Part shown: in pieces, positions 1-8,771 of the stretch
How the letters are laid out: each line of letters begins with the position of its first letter
How positions within the stretch are numbered: the first letter of the stretch is position 1
DNA from: Acidimicrobiia bacterium
GTDB lineage: Bacteria; Actinomycetota; Acidimicrobiia; Spongiisociales; ZC4RG35
Length of the DNA: 64,000 bases
Assembly: GCA_035462175.1 (NCBI GenBank)
Contig: DATHUP010000065.1
Span: 64,771 to 128,770, forward strand
Direction: 5' to 3'
Notes under the pieces: model-generated
Told to the model about the DNA's origin: nothing
Seen by the model: the letters and a program-made list of their open reading frames with translations, nothing else
The model's database searches: none
Program-made: the position numbers and the translations under genes

Positions 1-1311
1 GTTGGCCACGAAGATGCTGCAGTTCATCGCCCGAGCCATCCGAGTGATGGTCTCGACATTGGTGCTGTGGATCGAGGCGGTATGACGGAAACCGTGCTCG
101 GAGCGCACCGCCAGGTCGATTGCGTCGTCGACGTTGCGCACCCGCACCACAGGCATCACCGGCATCATCTGCTCGGTCCAGACCAGGTTGTGCTCCCGGG
201 GCACCTCGGCGACGAGGAGCCTGGTGTCGGCATTGGCGCTCACCCCGATCTCGGCCAGGATCTTGGCCGCGTCCTGGCCGATCCACCTCGGTTCGATCAT
301 CCCGGGCTTCCCCGGCGGCCCCATCTCCTTGAAGATCACCCGCTCCAGACGCTTCAACTCGTGCTCTTTGAGCCGGTAGGCGCCGGCGCCGACCATTGCC
401 TGCACCAGTCGATCGGCCACGGTGTCGACCACGATCGTCGTCTTCTCGTCGGTGCAGATCACGTTGTTGTCGAACGACGCGCCTTTGACGATGGCTCGGC
501 CCGCGCTGTCGATGTCGGCAGTCTGGTCGACCACGGCAGGCGGGTTGCCCGGCCCGGCGGTGATCGCCTTCTTGCTCGTCTCCAGGGCCTCCTTGACCAC
601 ACCGGGGCCCCCGGTGACGAGGAGGACCCGCACGTCCGGGTGGTTCATCAGCTCCTTGGCCGATTCCAGGGTCGGAGCGGGTATGGCGGTGATCAGGTCG
701 GGCGGCCCACCGGCGCCGACGATGGCCCGGTTGAGGAGCTGGACGTTCTCGACCGAGACCATGCGGGCGCTGGGGTGGACGTTGAATGTGACCGCGTTCC
801 CGGCGGAGACGATGGAGATGGCGTTGTTGATGATGGTCGAAGTGGGGTTTGTGGTCGGCGTGATCGACCCGATGACGCCGTAGGGTGCGTATTCGGTGAC
901 CATCATCCCGGCGTCACCGGTCACCACCTGCGGCTCCAGGTCTTCGGGCCCGGGGGTGCGTGTCGTCACAAGACGGTTCTTGATCGCCTTGTCCTCGCCC
1001 CTGCCCAAACCGGTCTCCTCGGCGGCCATGTAGGCCAGTCGCTCCCCCTCCCGAAGCATGGCGGCGCGCATTGCCTCGACGATGTCCTTCCTGGCCTCGA
1101 GCCCCATCTCCCGGTAGTCGATGAAAGCGGCCTGCGCCGCGGCCACGGCCTGGTCGATGTCGGCGTGGATTCCGTCCCCGAGTTGCGCGTCGGAGAAGGC
1201 GAGCTCGTCCGAGGCGCGCAAAACAGGTGCGGCCCGCTCCGCCATCTCGGCGGTGGCGACCCGGCCCTTGACCCGCTCGATGATGGCCTGGATCTCGGTG
1301 TCGCTCAGCAT
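1..1311 (-). CDS. CoA-acylating aldehyde dehydrogenase (PduP/EutE type), C-terminus cut by window edge
   Basis: Absent from the ORF track because it runs off the window. My minus-strand translation from ATG 1311 gives MLSDTEIQAIIERVKGRVATAEM...GVIGSITPTTNPTSTIINN...VTGGPGVVKEAL...GASFDNNVICTDEK...HGFRHTASIHS, with no stop down to position 1. Catalytic-Cys context NNVIC. The start lies 2 nt after the BMC-P stop. Confidence 0.9.
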   Translation of the reverse strand, partial: MLSDTEIQAIIERVKGRVATAEMAERAAPVLRASDELAFSDAQLGDGIHADIDQAVAAAQAAFIDYREMGLEARKDIVEAMRAAMLREGERLAYMAAEETGLGRGEDKAIKNRLVTTRTPGPEDLEPQVVTGDAGMMVTEYAPYGVIGSITPTTNPTSTIINNAISIVSAGNAVTFNVHPSARMVSVENVQLLNRAIVGAGGPPDLITAIPAPTLESAKELMNHPDVRVLLVTGGPGVVKEALETSKKAITAGPGNPPAVVDQTADIDSAGRAIVKGASFDNNVICTDEKTTIVVDTVADRLVQAMVGAGAYRLKEHELKRLERVIFKEMGPPGKPGMIEPRWIGQDAAKILAEIGVSANADTRLLVAEVPREHNLVWTEQMMPVMPVVRVRNVDDAIDLAVRSEHGFRHTASIHSTNVETITRMARAMNCSIFVAN

Positions 1312-1313
1312 GG

Positions 1314-1625
1314 TTACCCGGTGGGCGCCTCCTCCCGGCCCTTGTGATAGCGCTCCTCACCACTCACGTCCCACGAGTCGACGATGGCCATGATCACCGC
1401 GTCCACCGGGCGGTCGCGGGTCAGCTCGGTCTGACGCGCCGAGCTGCCCGATGCGTAGAGCACCACTTCGCCGACTCCCGCCCCGACCGCGTCGACCGCC
1501 ACGACGTAGCTCCCGGTGTCGGCATTGTCCGCGTCGAGTTGACGGACGACGAGGAATTTCATCCCCTCCATGAGGGGCTCCTTGCGGCTGGCGACGAGAG
1601 TCCCAGCGACCCTGCCTAGATGCAC
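1314..1625 (-). CDS. BMC-P pentameric vertex protein (EutN/CcmL family)
   Basis: 103 aa. [15 protein letters not shown]...FLVVRQLD...[25 protein letters not shown] is the typical EutN/CcmL pattern. It lies inside the BMC operon. Confidence 0.9.
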   Translation of the reverse strand: MHLGRVAGTLVASRKEPLMEGMKFLVVRQLDADNADTGSYVVAVDAVGAGVGEVVLYASGSSARQTELTRDRPVDAVIMAIVDSWDVSGEERYHKGREEAPTG

Positions 1626-1658
1626 CGTGCCATCTCCTGCCTCGTTGGCTGGTACGGG

Positions 1659-1961
1659 CTAACCGAGGTCTTCCTGCGCCTGATCCTGACGACCGAGCGG
1701 AAGGACCAGGTCGATGTTGACATGAGGCCTGGCGATGACATGAGTGGCGATCACTTCGCCCACCTTCTCAGCGCCGCGCACCCCGGCGTCGACCGCCGCC
1801 TTGACCGCGGCCACGTCGCCGCGGACCACCGCGGTCACGTAACCGCCTCCAGTCTTCTCCATGCTCACCAACTCCACCTTGGCCGCCTTGACCATGGCAT
1901 CGGCCGCCTCCACCATTGCCGGGAAGCTGCGAGCCTCGATCATTCCCAGAGCTTCAGCCAT
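1659..1961 (-). CDS. BMC-H hexameric shell protein (PduA/EutM-like, single BMC domain)
   Basis: 100 aa. [60 protein letters not shown] is a canonical BMC (PF00936-type) domain. Confidence 0.92.
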   Translation of the reverse strand: MAEALGMIEARSFPAMVEAADAMVKAAKVELVSMEKTGGGYVTAVVRGDVAAVKAAVDAGVRGAEKVGEVIATHVIARPHVNIDLVLPLGRQDQAQEDLG

Positions 1962-1996
1962 GAAGCTCCTCCTTTCGTTGTGTTCTCTTCACCGAC

Positions 1997-2647
1997 TCAA
2001 CCCGAACCGCCGGCATCCCGACCGGACAGACCCTCCAGCGCCGCTACCGCCGCCTGCCAGCCGACGTCGATGTCCCGCTCCTCTCCGCCCAGGTACACCC
2101 GACCCATCGAGCCGAAGCTGCGCACCTCGAGCACGTTGATCTCGGCCGCCTTCTCCCCCTCGTTGGCAGCAAGAGATGCATAGGCGGCAGGCTCACACTC
2201 GAGCACGTACAGGGTTTGGCCGGGGATGATCATCTGGCCGTGACGGGTCCGGTTGATCAGCTGGGCATGATGATCGTCGAGACGACGGATGATCTGGGAG
2301 GAGAGGATGCGAGGCTTGATCCGGTCGTCCTCGGTGGCCTCGATGGCGTCGAGGATGGCGGCACCGGCGGCCCGGGTCTCGGCCTGGTCAGGCGAGTGAA
2401 CCTCGAGCACCCCGTAGTAGCGCTCGATGATCTGCAGCCCGGGCTTGACCGAGGTCGCCTTCAATGCGACGTCGGAGAGCCGGTTGATCTCGATCCCGGG
2501 GGCGACCTCGACCCAGAGGGAGGCGTCGTTGGCCAGGGGAAGGAAGCCCTGGGCCACCGTCCCGAGGAATGCGGCGTATTGCGGCTGGAGGCTGTCCAGG
2601 AACGCAAACGACCTCAGCTCAATACCTCTCGCCACCTCTACCTCCAT
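1997..2647 (-). CDS. BMC-T tandem-domain shell protein (CcmP/CsoS1D-like)
   Basis: [48 protein letters not shown]...[48 protein letters not shown]. Two roughly 100-aa halves resemble CcmP/CsoS1D as I recall them. Start taken at ATG 2647; GTG 2635 (preceded by GGAGG) is an alternative. The ORF-track start at 2698 is rejected because its N-terminus is R/S/P-rich and overlaps deoC. Confidence 0.85.
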   Translation of the reverse strand: MEVEVARGIELRSFAFLDSLQPQYAAFLGTVAQGFLPLANDASLWVEVAPGIEINRLSDVALKATSVKPGLQIIERYYGVLEVHSPDQAETRAAGAAILDAIEATEDDRIKPRILSSQIIRRLDDHHAQLINRTRHGQMIIPGQTLYVLECEPAAYASLAANEGEKAAEINVLEVRSFGSMGRVYLGGEERDIDVGWQAAVAALEGLSGRDAGGSG

Positions 2648-3452
2648 CCTTGCCGCCGACGATCTCGATCCCGGCCGAGGCTCCGATTCTGGTCGCACCG
2701 GCGGCGATCATGTCCTCGGCATCGCCGGTGGTGCGCACCCCGCCCGAGGCCTTCACTCCCATCTCCGGGCCGACCGTCTCCCTCATCAGCGCCACGTCGT
2801 ACACCGTGGCCCCCCCGGGACCGAACCCGGTCGAGGTCTTGACGAAGTCCGCCTTGGCCCGCTTGGCCAGGGCCGATGCGATCACCTTCTCCTCGTCGGA
2901 GAGCAGGGCCGTCTCCAGGATCACCTTGCACAGGGCGCCCACCTCGTGGGCGGAGTCGACCACCTTCTCGATGTCCTTGAGCACAAGGTCGTGATCGCCC
3001 GACTTGAGGGCGCCGATGTTCAACACCATGTCGACCTCGCGGGCACCGTCGCGCAACGCACGACGCGCCTCCATCGCCTTCACCTCCGGAGTCGTCGCCC
3101 CCAGGGGGAATCCGATCACACTGCACACCGCCACCGGCGTGCCCCGCAGGTTCTCCGCCGCCCGCTTCACCCAAGTGGGATTGATGCACACCGAGGCGAA
3201 GTGGTACTGCTCCGCCTCACGGCAGAGCCGGTCGATGTCGGAGGCGGTCGCCTCCGGCTTGAGCAGGGTGTGGTCGATGTAGCGGGCCATGTCGAGGGGG
3301 ACCTCCGCCGCCTCGCCGTGGAACGCCACCCGGTCCGCCCCGTTGGCCACCACTTCCCGGACCTTGTCCCCGGTGTCGCAGACGTCATACCGTGCGGAGA
3401 GGGCGGCTAGCACCTCACGGGTGACCATCTCGACTAGGGCATCCCGGTTCAT
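2619..3452 (-). CDS. deoC: deoxyribose-phosphate aldolase (DERA) with an N-terminal extension of about 40 aa
   Basis: [12 protein letters not shown]...[10 protein letters not shown]...[11 protein letters not shown]...[15 protein letters not shown]...[10 protein letters not shown]...FVKTSTGFG match the DeoC family, including the Schiff-base Lys context [11 protein letters not shown] 3452 overlaps the upstream stop as ATGA. Confidence 0.9.
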   Translation of the reverse strand: MNRDALVEMVTREVLAALSARYDVCDTGDKVREVVANGADRVAFHGEAAEVPLDMARYIDHTLLKPEATASDIDRLCREAEQYHFASVCINPTWVKRAAENLRGTPVAVCSVIGFPLGATTPEVKAMEARRALRDGAREVDMVLNIGALKSGDHDLVLKDIEKVVDSAHEVGALCKVILETALLSDEEKVIASALAKRAKADFVKTSTGFGPGGATVYDVALMRETVGPEMGVKASGGVRTTGDAEDMIAAGATRIGASAGIEIVGGKDGGRGGERY

Positions 3453-4078
3453 CCTGTTTCCTGTCTCATCCCTGCCGGGGAGTATTGCCGTTCGATGGCA
3501 TCGATCTTGGCAACCCTCCGGGCGTGTCTGTCGCCACCCCATTCCACGGACAGCCACTCCTCGACGATCTGCCAGGCAAGGGCATCGCCGACCAACCCCG
3601 CCCCGAGGGTGAGCACGTTGGCGTGGTTGTGCTCCCGGCTGTTACGGGCCGAGGAGAGGTCGTAGCAGAGGGCCGCCCGCACTCCGGGCACCTTGTTGGC
3701 CACCATCGCCGAGCCGATACCGGCACCGTCGACCACGATCCCGTAGCGACAGGCGCCGGAGGCGACCTCACGAGCGACCGCATGGGCGAAGTCGGGATAG
3801 TCCACCGCATCGTGTGAGTTGGTCCCGCAGTCGAGCACCTCGTAGCCGGCTTCCTTCAGCTTGAAGCCGATCTTCTCCTTGAGGGGATATCCGCCGTGGT
3901 CGGCCCCGATGGCGATCCTGGTCTTTTCGTCTCCTCCGGACGCGGCCGGTTCCCGATGATCGGGATGGCCCTCGGAATCCGCGGGGTGCTCGGAGCCGAC
4001 GACTCCTTCGAGGACACGCTCGACGAGGGAACGGACCTCTTGTTCGGAGGGTGAGCCCGGACCTGCACGGTGTGTCAT
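3449..4078 (-). CDS. RpiB/LacA/LacB-family sugar-phosphate isomerase with a 53-aa N-terminal extension
   Basis: [17 protein letters not shown]...YEVLDCG...VDYPDFA...[28 protein letters not shown]...[14 protein letters not shown] is the RpiB pattern. It is preceded by [53 protein letters not shown]. Confidence 0.85.
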   Translation of the reverse strand: MTHRAGPGSPSEQEVRSLVERVLEGVVGSEHPADSEGHPDHREPAASGGDEKTRIAIGADHGGYPLKEKIGFKLKEAGYEVLDCGTNSHDAVDYPDFAHAVAREVASGACRYGIVVDGAGIGSAMVANKVPGVRAALCYDLSSARNSREHNHANVLTLGAGLVGDALAWQIVEEWLSVEWGGDRHARRVAKIDAIERQYSPAGMRQETG

Positions 4079-4162
4079 CTGGCTGGGTAAGTCCTCCTCA
4101 CCGCGCCCATCCTAGGAACATGGAGGTAGGCCCACAGTGCCGGCCGGCGCCAGGTTCGTAAG

Positions 4163-4858
4163 ATGCGAGACATGGCCGATCGGGACCCTGCCTTCCTCTG
4201 GGAGACCGAAGTGCTCCGCACCTCGGCCCGGCCGCCGTCGTCGCCACCGCCCCCGACGGGTACAACGGAGCGCAACGACTGGCTGACTCTCCGCCGGGCC
4301 AGTGAGGTCACCGGGGTCCCGGTCTCGACGCTGCGCACCTGGGCTCGAAAGGGGAAGATCCCGACCACCCTCGACGACACGCCCTCGGGCCCACGGCGGA
4401 TGGTCTCCTTGCAGGGCGTGGAAGAGCGGGCGCGGCGTTTGGGCCACGAGGTGGGAGAAATGGGTGAGGCCCGCCACGAGCCGGAGCTCGCCGCGAAGCC
4501 GGCCGCGCCGGCCGGGTCGGATCAGATCTCCCCGCCTCCGGGAACGATGCTCGTCCCCATCGACGCCTGGGACAAGATGCTCCTCCAACTCGGCAATCTG
4601 CACCAGGCCGGCCAGCAGCTGGCCGAGGCGAGGGAGCGCGCCGCCCGGGCCGAGACCGAGGCGGCATTTCTCAGGGAGCGTCTCGCCGAGTTGCGGGAGC
4701 CGAAACCCGGCGAGGAGGAGGAGTCAGGTCCGCATCTCCCCGTCGGAGATGCGCCCTCGGATCATGAAGAGCCTGAAGCAGTGAAGCCACCCTCGAAGAT
4801 GCCTTCCTTCACCGCGTACCTGTGGCGGTTGGCGGTGTCCGAGCGTCGTCGAAAGTGA
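4163..4858 (+). CDS. MerR/excisionase-type HTH protein with a C-terminal coiled coil (candidate regulator, divergent from the BMC operon)
   Basis: WLTLRRASEVTGVPVSTLRTWARKGKIP is an HTH_17/MerR-like helix-turn-helix. The C-terminal LLQLGNLHQAGQQLAEARERAARAETEAAFLRERLAELRE is heptad-like. Confidence 0.6.
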   Translation: MRDMADRDPAFLWETEVLRTSARPPSSPPPPTGTTERNDWLTLRRASEVTGVPVSTLRTWARKGKIPTTLDDTPSGPRRMVSLQGVEERARRLGHEVGEMGEARHEPELAAKPAAPAGSDQISPPPGTMLVPIDAWDKMLLQLGNLHQAGQQLAEARERAARAETEAAFLRERLAELREPKPGEEEESGPHLPVGDAPSDHEEPEAVKPPSKMPSFTAYLWRLAVSERRRK

Positions 4859-4867
4859 CGACTCTGG

Positions 4868-5947
4868 TCAGGCGGTAGGGCCGCTGATCAGACGGTAGGT
4901 GATGTCTTGGTCGAGAGTCATGTCCATGACGAACCCGATCATCTCCCCGGTCGTCTCGTCGGGCATGTTCATGTCCATCGAGATGTCGGTGGACGAGTTC
5001 GTCTCTGATTGGCGGGCCAAACCGGCCTCGACATCGAACCAGGTCTTGCTGTCGGCGGTGGTGCCGTCGACGCGGATCAAGAACTGGAGCTGGTCGAGCA
5101 TCGCGTCGAGCTCGGCCGTCTCCTCGGCGGTCGCATCCTCGGCGAAGGCGCCGAACATGCCGGCGAAGAACTGGGCGAGATCGAACTCGATCAAAGAGGT
5201 AGTCGAGTTGGTGTCGATCACGTAGACCTCGGTCCCGTCGAGATCTTCGGTCCCGGTGACCGTGCTGGAGATGCTGGTGACGATGGGGTTCCCGCCAAGG
5301 CCGGGCGTCTCGATTTCGTCTGTCCAGGTATCCCCGACCGCGACCTCCTCATCGGAGAAGGAAGGGCCGACGAATTGCCCGGGATCGAGACCGGGAGCCG
5401 GGGCGCCGCCTCCCAGTGGCCCCAGGTCGCCGAACATCCCGGTTAGGGGGTCTTCGGCACCGGCTGGGCCTTCCTCGACGAGGTTGCCCTGCTCGTCGAC
5501 GACGACGGTGACATCGATCGGGTCCAGGGAGGCGAAGTCGGGGGCTTCCTCAGACTCAAACGGCTCACCATCGACCGTGCCGGTCACGGTCACGCCGCCG
5601 AACTCCCCGGTTATGTTCACCTCGAAGGTGCCGGGCTCGGGGCCTTCGGAGACGACATGCGTGAATGTGGCGGTGCCGGCCAGGTCGATCGACGCCTCCC
5701 CGGGCACCTCCTCGCCACCCATGAGCGAGGGGTTACCGGAGGCATTCAGCTCGATGTGCTGGTCCAAGTCGACTTCGTACTGGTACTCGTCGCCGGCACT
5801 GAGCGAATAGGAGAGGAGGACAGCCTCCACCTGCGGTGCGGTCGTGGTGGTGGTGTCCTCGGAGGAGGTGGTCGTCGAGTCCGAAGTCTGGGCACAGGCG
5901 GCCAGGACGAGGGCCAGCGCGGAGAGGATGGAGAGTTGACGCTTCAT
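4868..5947 (-). CDS. secreted lipoprotein, unknown function, highly acidic
   Basis: MKRQLSILSALALVLAAC contains a lipobox and is followed by a Thr/Ser-rich linker. The mature part is D/E/T/G-rich. No family recognised. Confidence 0.75.
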   Translation of the reverse strand: MKRQLSILSALALVLAACAQTSDSTTTSSEDTTTTTAPQVEAVLLSYSLSAGDEYQYEVDLDQHIELNASGNPSLMGGEEVPGEASIDLAGTATFTHVVSEGPEPGTFEVNITGEFGGVTVTGTVDGEPFESEEAPDFASLDPIDVTVVVDEQGNLVEEGPAGAEDPLTGMFGDLGPLGGGAPAPGLDPGQFVGPSFSDEEVAVGDTWTDEIETPGLGGNPIVTSISSTVTGTEDLDGTEVYVIDTNSTTSLIEFDLAQFFAGMFGAFAEDATAEETAELDAMLDQLQFLIRVDGTTADSKTWFDVEAGLARQSETNSSTDISMDMNMPDETTGEMIGFVMDMTLDQDITYRLISGPTA

Positions 5948-6015
5948 TTGGACACGTTATCGGTATGCGGGGGCTTTCCTTTTAGCGCTTAGTCGCGTTG
6001 TACCGTCCTGGCCGC

Positions 6016-6924
6016 ATGAATCCGTGGACCCCGCTCGTGGTGGCGACCCTCGGGTGGGGCACGGCAGCCGTGCTCACTCGGGCCCTGCTCAACAGCGGTG
6101 TGTCGACTTTCATCGTCGTCCCGATGCGGTTCGGCATCGCCCTCGCCCTCCTCCTCGTCGTGTCCCGGTTCTGGAAGCGGTTCGACGCGCCCGATCGGCG
6201 ACATTGGAAGCGGGGGTTGATCCTCGGTGGGGTGGCCCTGGCCCTGCCCAACACCTTGTTCACGTTGGGCCTCGAGGATCTCCCGGTGAGCCTGGGCGGG
6301 CTTCTCATCGCACTGATCCCAATCGCGACGGTGGGCGGCGCCCACTTCCTGGTGGAGGGTGAGCGGTTCAACCCGCGGTCGGTCCCCGGGCTGGTGGTGT
6401 CGCTGGTCGGGACCGGGATCCTGGTCGGCGTCGGCGGAGGGGCGCTGGAGGGAGTGGGCAACCTTTGGCGCGGGGTGGGGGTGTCCCTTGTCGCCGTGGT
6501 CCTGGCCGGCGCCGGCGGCGCCTTGACCCGTCGTTTCGCGCTCGAAGTCGGTGGCGACGGCCTCGTCATCCCCCAGTTCGCCATTGCCACCGCGATCAGC
6601 CTGGCCGCGGTGCCCTTTCTCAACACCACCCCCGTGTCGACCATCGAGCCCTCGGAGTGGGCGCTGCTCATCGCGCTCGGGGCAATCGCCACGGCGGTGC
6701 CGTTCAGCGCCTTCCTGGTCGCGGCCCAGATCAACCTGGCGTCCCGTCTCGCTGTGGTCGGATACGTGGTGCCGGTGATCGCCGTGGCCCTGGCCGTGGT
6801 CTTCCTCGGCGAGACGCTGACCGTTCCCATCGTCGTGGGTGCGATCCTGATCCTCGCCGGCGTGATGCTCACCGAGCGTTCCACCCGTCACGTTCCCGTC
6901 CCCGGGGTCAACATCGCGAGGTGA
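6016..6924 (+). CDS. EamA/DMT-family transporter
   Basis: Polytopic hydrophobic pattern with two EamA-like halves (LGWGTAAVLTRALL..., ...LGAIATAVPFSAFLVAAQ). ATG 6016 chosen (MNPWTPLVV); the ORF opens at TTG 5998. Confidence 0.8.
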   Translation: MNPWTPLVVATLGWGTAAVLTRALLNSGVSTFIVVPMRFGIALALLLVVSRFWKRFDAPDRRHWKRGLILGGVALALPNTLFTLGLEDLPVSLGGLLIALIPIATVGGAHFLVEGERFNPRSVPGLVVSLVGTGILVGVGGGALEGVGNLWRGVGVSLVAVVLAGAGGALTRRFALEVGGDGLVIPQFAIATAISLAAVPFLNTTPVSTIEPSEWALLIALGAIATAVPFSAFLVAAQINLASRLAVVGYVVPVIAVALAVVFLGETLTVPIVVGAILILAGVMLTERSTRHVPVPGVNIAR

Positions 6925-6940
6925 CGGGACCGCCGTCCGC

Positions 6941-7058
6941 AACCTGAGGTTCCACGTAACGCATATGCAACGAACTCTCTCCGGTTCACCTGGGCGCGTC
7001 AGGCAGTTCGGAAACTCGAGAGCGTTTGTAACGGATATGAAACGCAGAACCTCAGGTT
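6941..7058. repeat. 118-bp TIR-flanked intergenic repeat, copy 1
   Basis: The ends AACCTGAGGTTC (6941) and GAACCTCAGGTT (7058) are perfect 12-bp inverted repeats. Imperfect arm pairing extends to about 41 bp. Internal direct 17-mers are GTAACGCATATGCAACG (6956-6972) and GTAACGGATATGAAACG (7028-7044). A second copy lies in inverse orientation at 43658-43808. Confidence 0.7.
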
Positions 7059-7083
7059 CGAAGTGGCGTTTACCCTCCGGGGG

Positions 7084-8721
7084 ATGAGTCGTCGGATACT
7101 GGTTGCGGTCGGCTGGCCCTATGCGTCGGGATCGCTCCATCTCGGGCACCTGGGCGGGGCTTATCTGCCCGCGGACATCTTCGCCCGATACCACCGGATC
7201 GCCGGCAACGACGTGCTGATGGTGTCGGGGTCCGACGCCCACGGGACGCCGATCACGGTCAAGGCCGACGAGGAGGGGATCAGCCCTCGCCAGGTGGTCG
7301 AGCGGTACCACCCCGAGATCGTGGGTTATTGGGACTCGCTGGGAATCTCGTTCGACCTGTTCACCACCACGATGACCGAGAACCACGCCGCGGTGACACA
7401 GGACGTGTTTCTCCGTCTGCTGGAGAAGGGATACTTGGTCAAGAGAACGACCACCCAGTATTACGACCCGGAGGCCGAGCGGTTTCTCCCGGACCGCTAC
7501 GTCGAAGGGACCTGCCCCCACTGTGGCTACACGCAGGCCCGGGGAGACCAGTGTGAGAATTGTGGGCGCACCCTCGACGCCATCGACCTGATCGACCCCC
7601 GTTCCCGTCTGACCGGGTCGACGCCAGTGCTCAAGGAGACCGAGCACTTCTTCTTCAAACTGCCCGAGTTCGCCGAGCCGTTGCGGGAGTGGCTGGAGTC
7701 GAAGTCCAACTGGCGCCGGCATGTGAGGAACTGGGCGCTGGCGATGATCGCAGAAGGCATGCCCGAGCGCGCCATCACCCGGGACATCGAATGGGGCGTG
7801 GAGGTGCCGGTCGACGATCTCGGGCAGGGCAAGCGGATCTACGTCTGGTTCGACGCCGTCATCGGCTATCTGAGCGCAGCCAAGGAGTGGGCCGCCACGT
7901 CGGGGGAACCCGACGCGTGGAAGCGATGGTGGGAGGATCCCGAGGCCGAGTCGTATTATTTCGTCGGCAAGGACAACATCCCCTTCCACGCCGTCATGTG
8001 GCCGGCGATGCTCATGGGATACGGTGGGCTCAACCTGCCAACCGACGTGCCTGCCAACCAATTCATCACGTTCAAGGGGATGAAGGCGTCGAGATCCCAG
8101 GGTGTTGGATTGCCCATCAGTTGGTATGCCGAGCGACTCGAGCCCGATGCCATCCGCTATGCGATAGCCACCGTGCTCCCAGAGCAGAACGACACGGACA
8201 TCAGCGACGACGACATCATCCGACGGGTCAACGAGGAGCTGGTTTCAACCTGGGGCAACCTGGTCAATCGCGTCCTCTCGATGAGCGAGCGGAACTTCGA
8301 TGGCCAGGTACCACCCAGAGGATCGCTCACGGCCATCGACGAGGCGCTGCTTTCCTCGGTGGACAAGACGTTGCAGACGACGGCCGGCCACATCGAGGCC
8401 GTGGAGCTGAGGGCCGGCTTGCGCACCGCCATGGACTCGGCAGCGGACGTCAATGCCTATCTGAACTCCGAGGAGCCCTGGCACGCGATCAAAGAGGATC
8501 GGGACCGTGCCGGCACCATCCTCTGGACCGCGATCCAGGCCATCTCGGGGATCAGGGTGGCCCTGGCCCCCTACTTGCCGTGGAGCACTTCCCGGCTCGG
8601 CGAGATGCTCGGCATCGGCGCCGTGACCGGTTGGGAGCGGCCCGACATTCCGGGAGAGGCACGGCTGGGCCGGGTCACGACCCTGTTCGACAAGCTGGAG
8701 CCCGACGCCCTCGACGACTGA
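7084..8721 (+). CDS. metG: methionine--tRNA ligase
   Basis: WPYASGSLHLGHL (HIGH motif), Zn knuckles CPHCGY...CENCG, and the KMSKS-like GMKASRSQG. ATG 7084 preferred over GTG 7063. Confidence 0.93.
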   Translation: MSRRILVAVGWPYASGSLHLGHLGGAYLPADIFARYHRIAGNDVLMVSGSDAHGTPITVKADEEGISPRQVVERYHPEIVGYWDSLGISFDLFTTTMTENHAAVTQDVFLRLLEKGYLVKRTTTQYYDPEAERFLPDRYVEGTCPHCGYTQARGDQCENCGRTLDAIDLIDPRSRLTGSTPVLKETEHFFFKLPEFAEPLREWLESKSNWRRHVRNWALAMIAEGMPERAITRDIEWGVEVPVDDLGQGKRIYVWFDAVIGYLSAAKEWAATSGEPDAWKRWWEDPEAESYYFVGKDNIPFHAVMWPAMLMGYGGLNLPTDVPANQFITFKGMKASRSQGVGLPISWYAERLEPDAIRYAIATVLPEQNDTDISDDDIIRRVNEELVSTWGNLVNRVLSMSERNFDGQVPPRGSLTAIDEALLSSVDKTLQTTAGHIEAVELRAGLRTAMDSAADVNAYLNSEEPWHAIKEDRDRAGTILWTAIQAISGIRVALAPYLPWSTSRLGEMLGIGAVTGWERPDIPGEARLGRVTTLFDKLEPDALDD

Positions 8722-8771
8722 GGGACCGATTTCCCTCCGCTCTACATTCTCCGCGCCGATAAGATCCCGTC

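Noticed and set aside
67-1347. 426-aa plus-strand ORF covering the left end of the window
   Set aside because: It is antisense to a minus-strand frame that translates into a clean aldehyde dehydrogenase. Its own product is an R/G/H/D/P-rich string with no motifs, the typical shadow ORF of GC-rich DNA.
6925-7083. Possible T-box or other riboswitch leader upstream of metG
   Set aside because: I could not find the conserved T-box 14-mer or a specifier/antiterminator arrangement. The same sequence ends recur, inverted, at 43658-43808 in a gene-3'-end context, which favours a repeat element over a metG-specific leader. Rfam was not run.
5989-8061. 690-aa minus-strand ORF
   Set aside because: It runs antisense through the EamA gene, the intergenic repeat and metG. 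Its composition is R/G/P/H-dominated and no domain is recognisable. The plus-strand genes carry strong family motifs.
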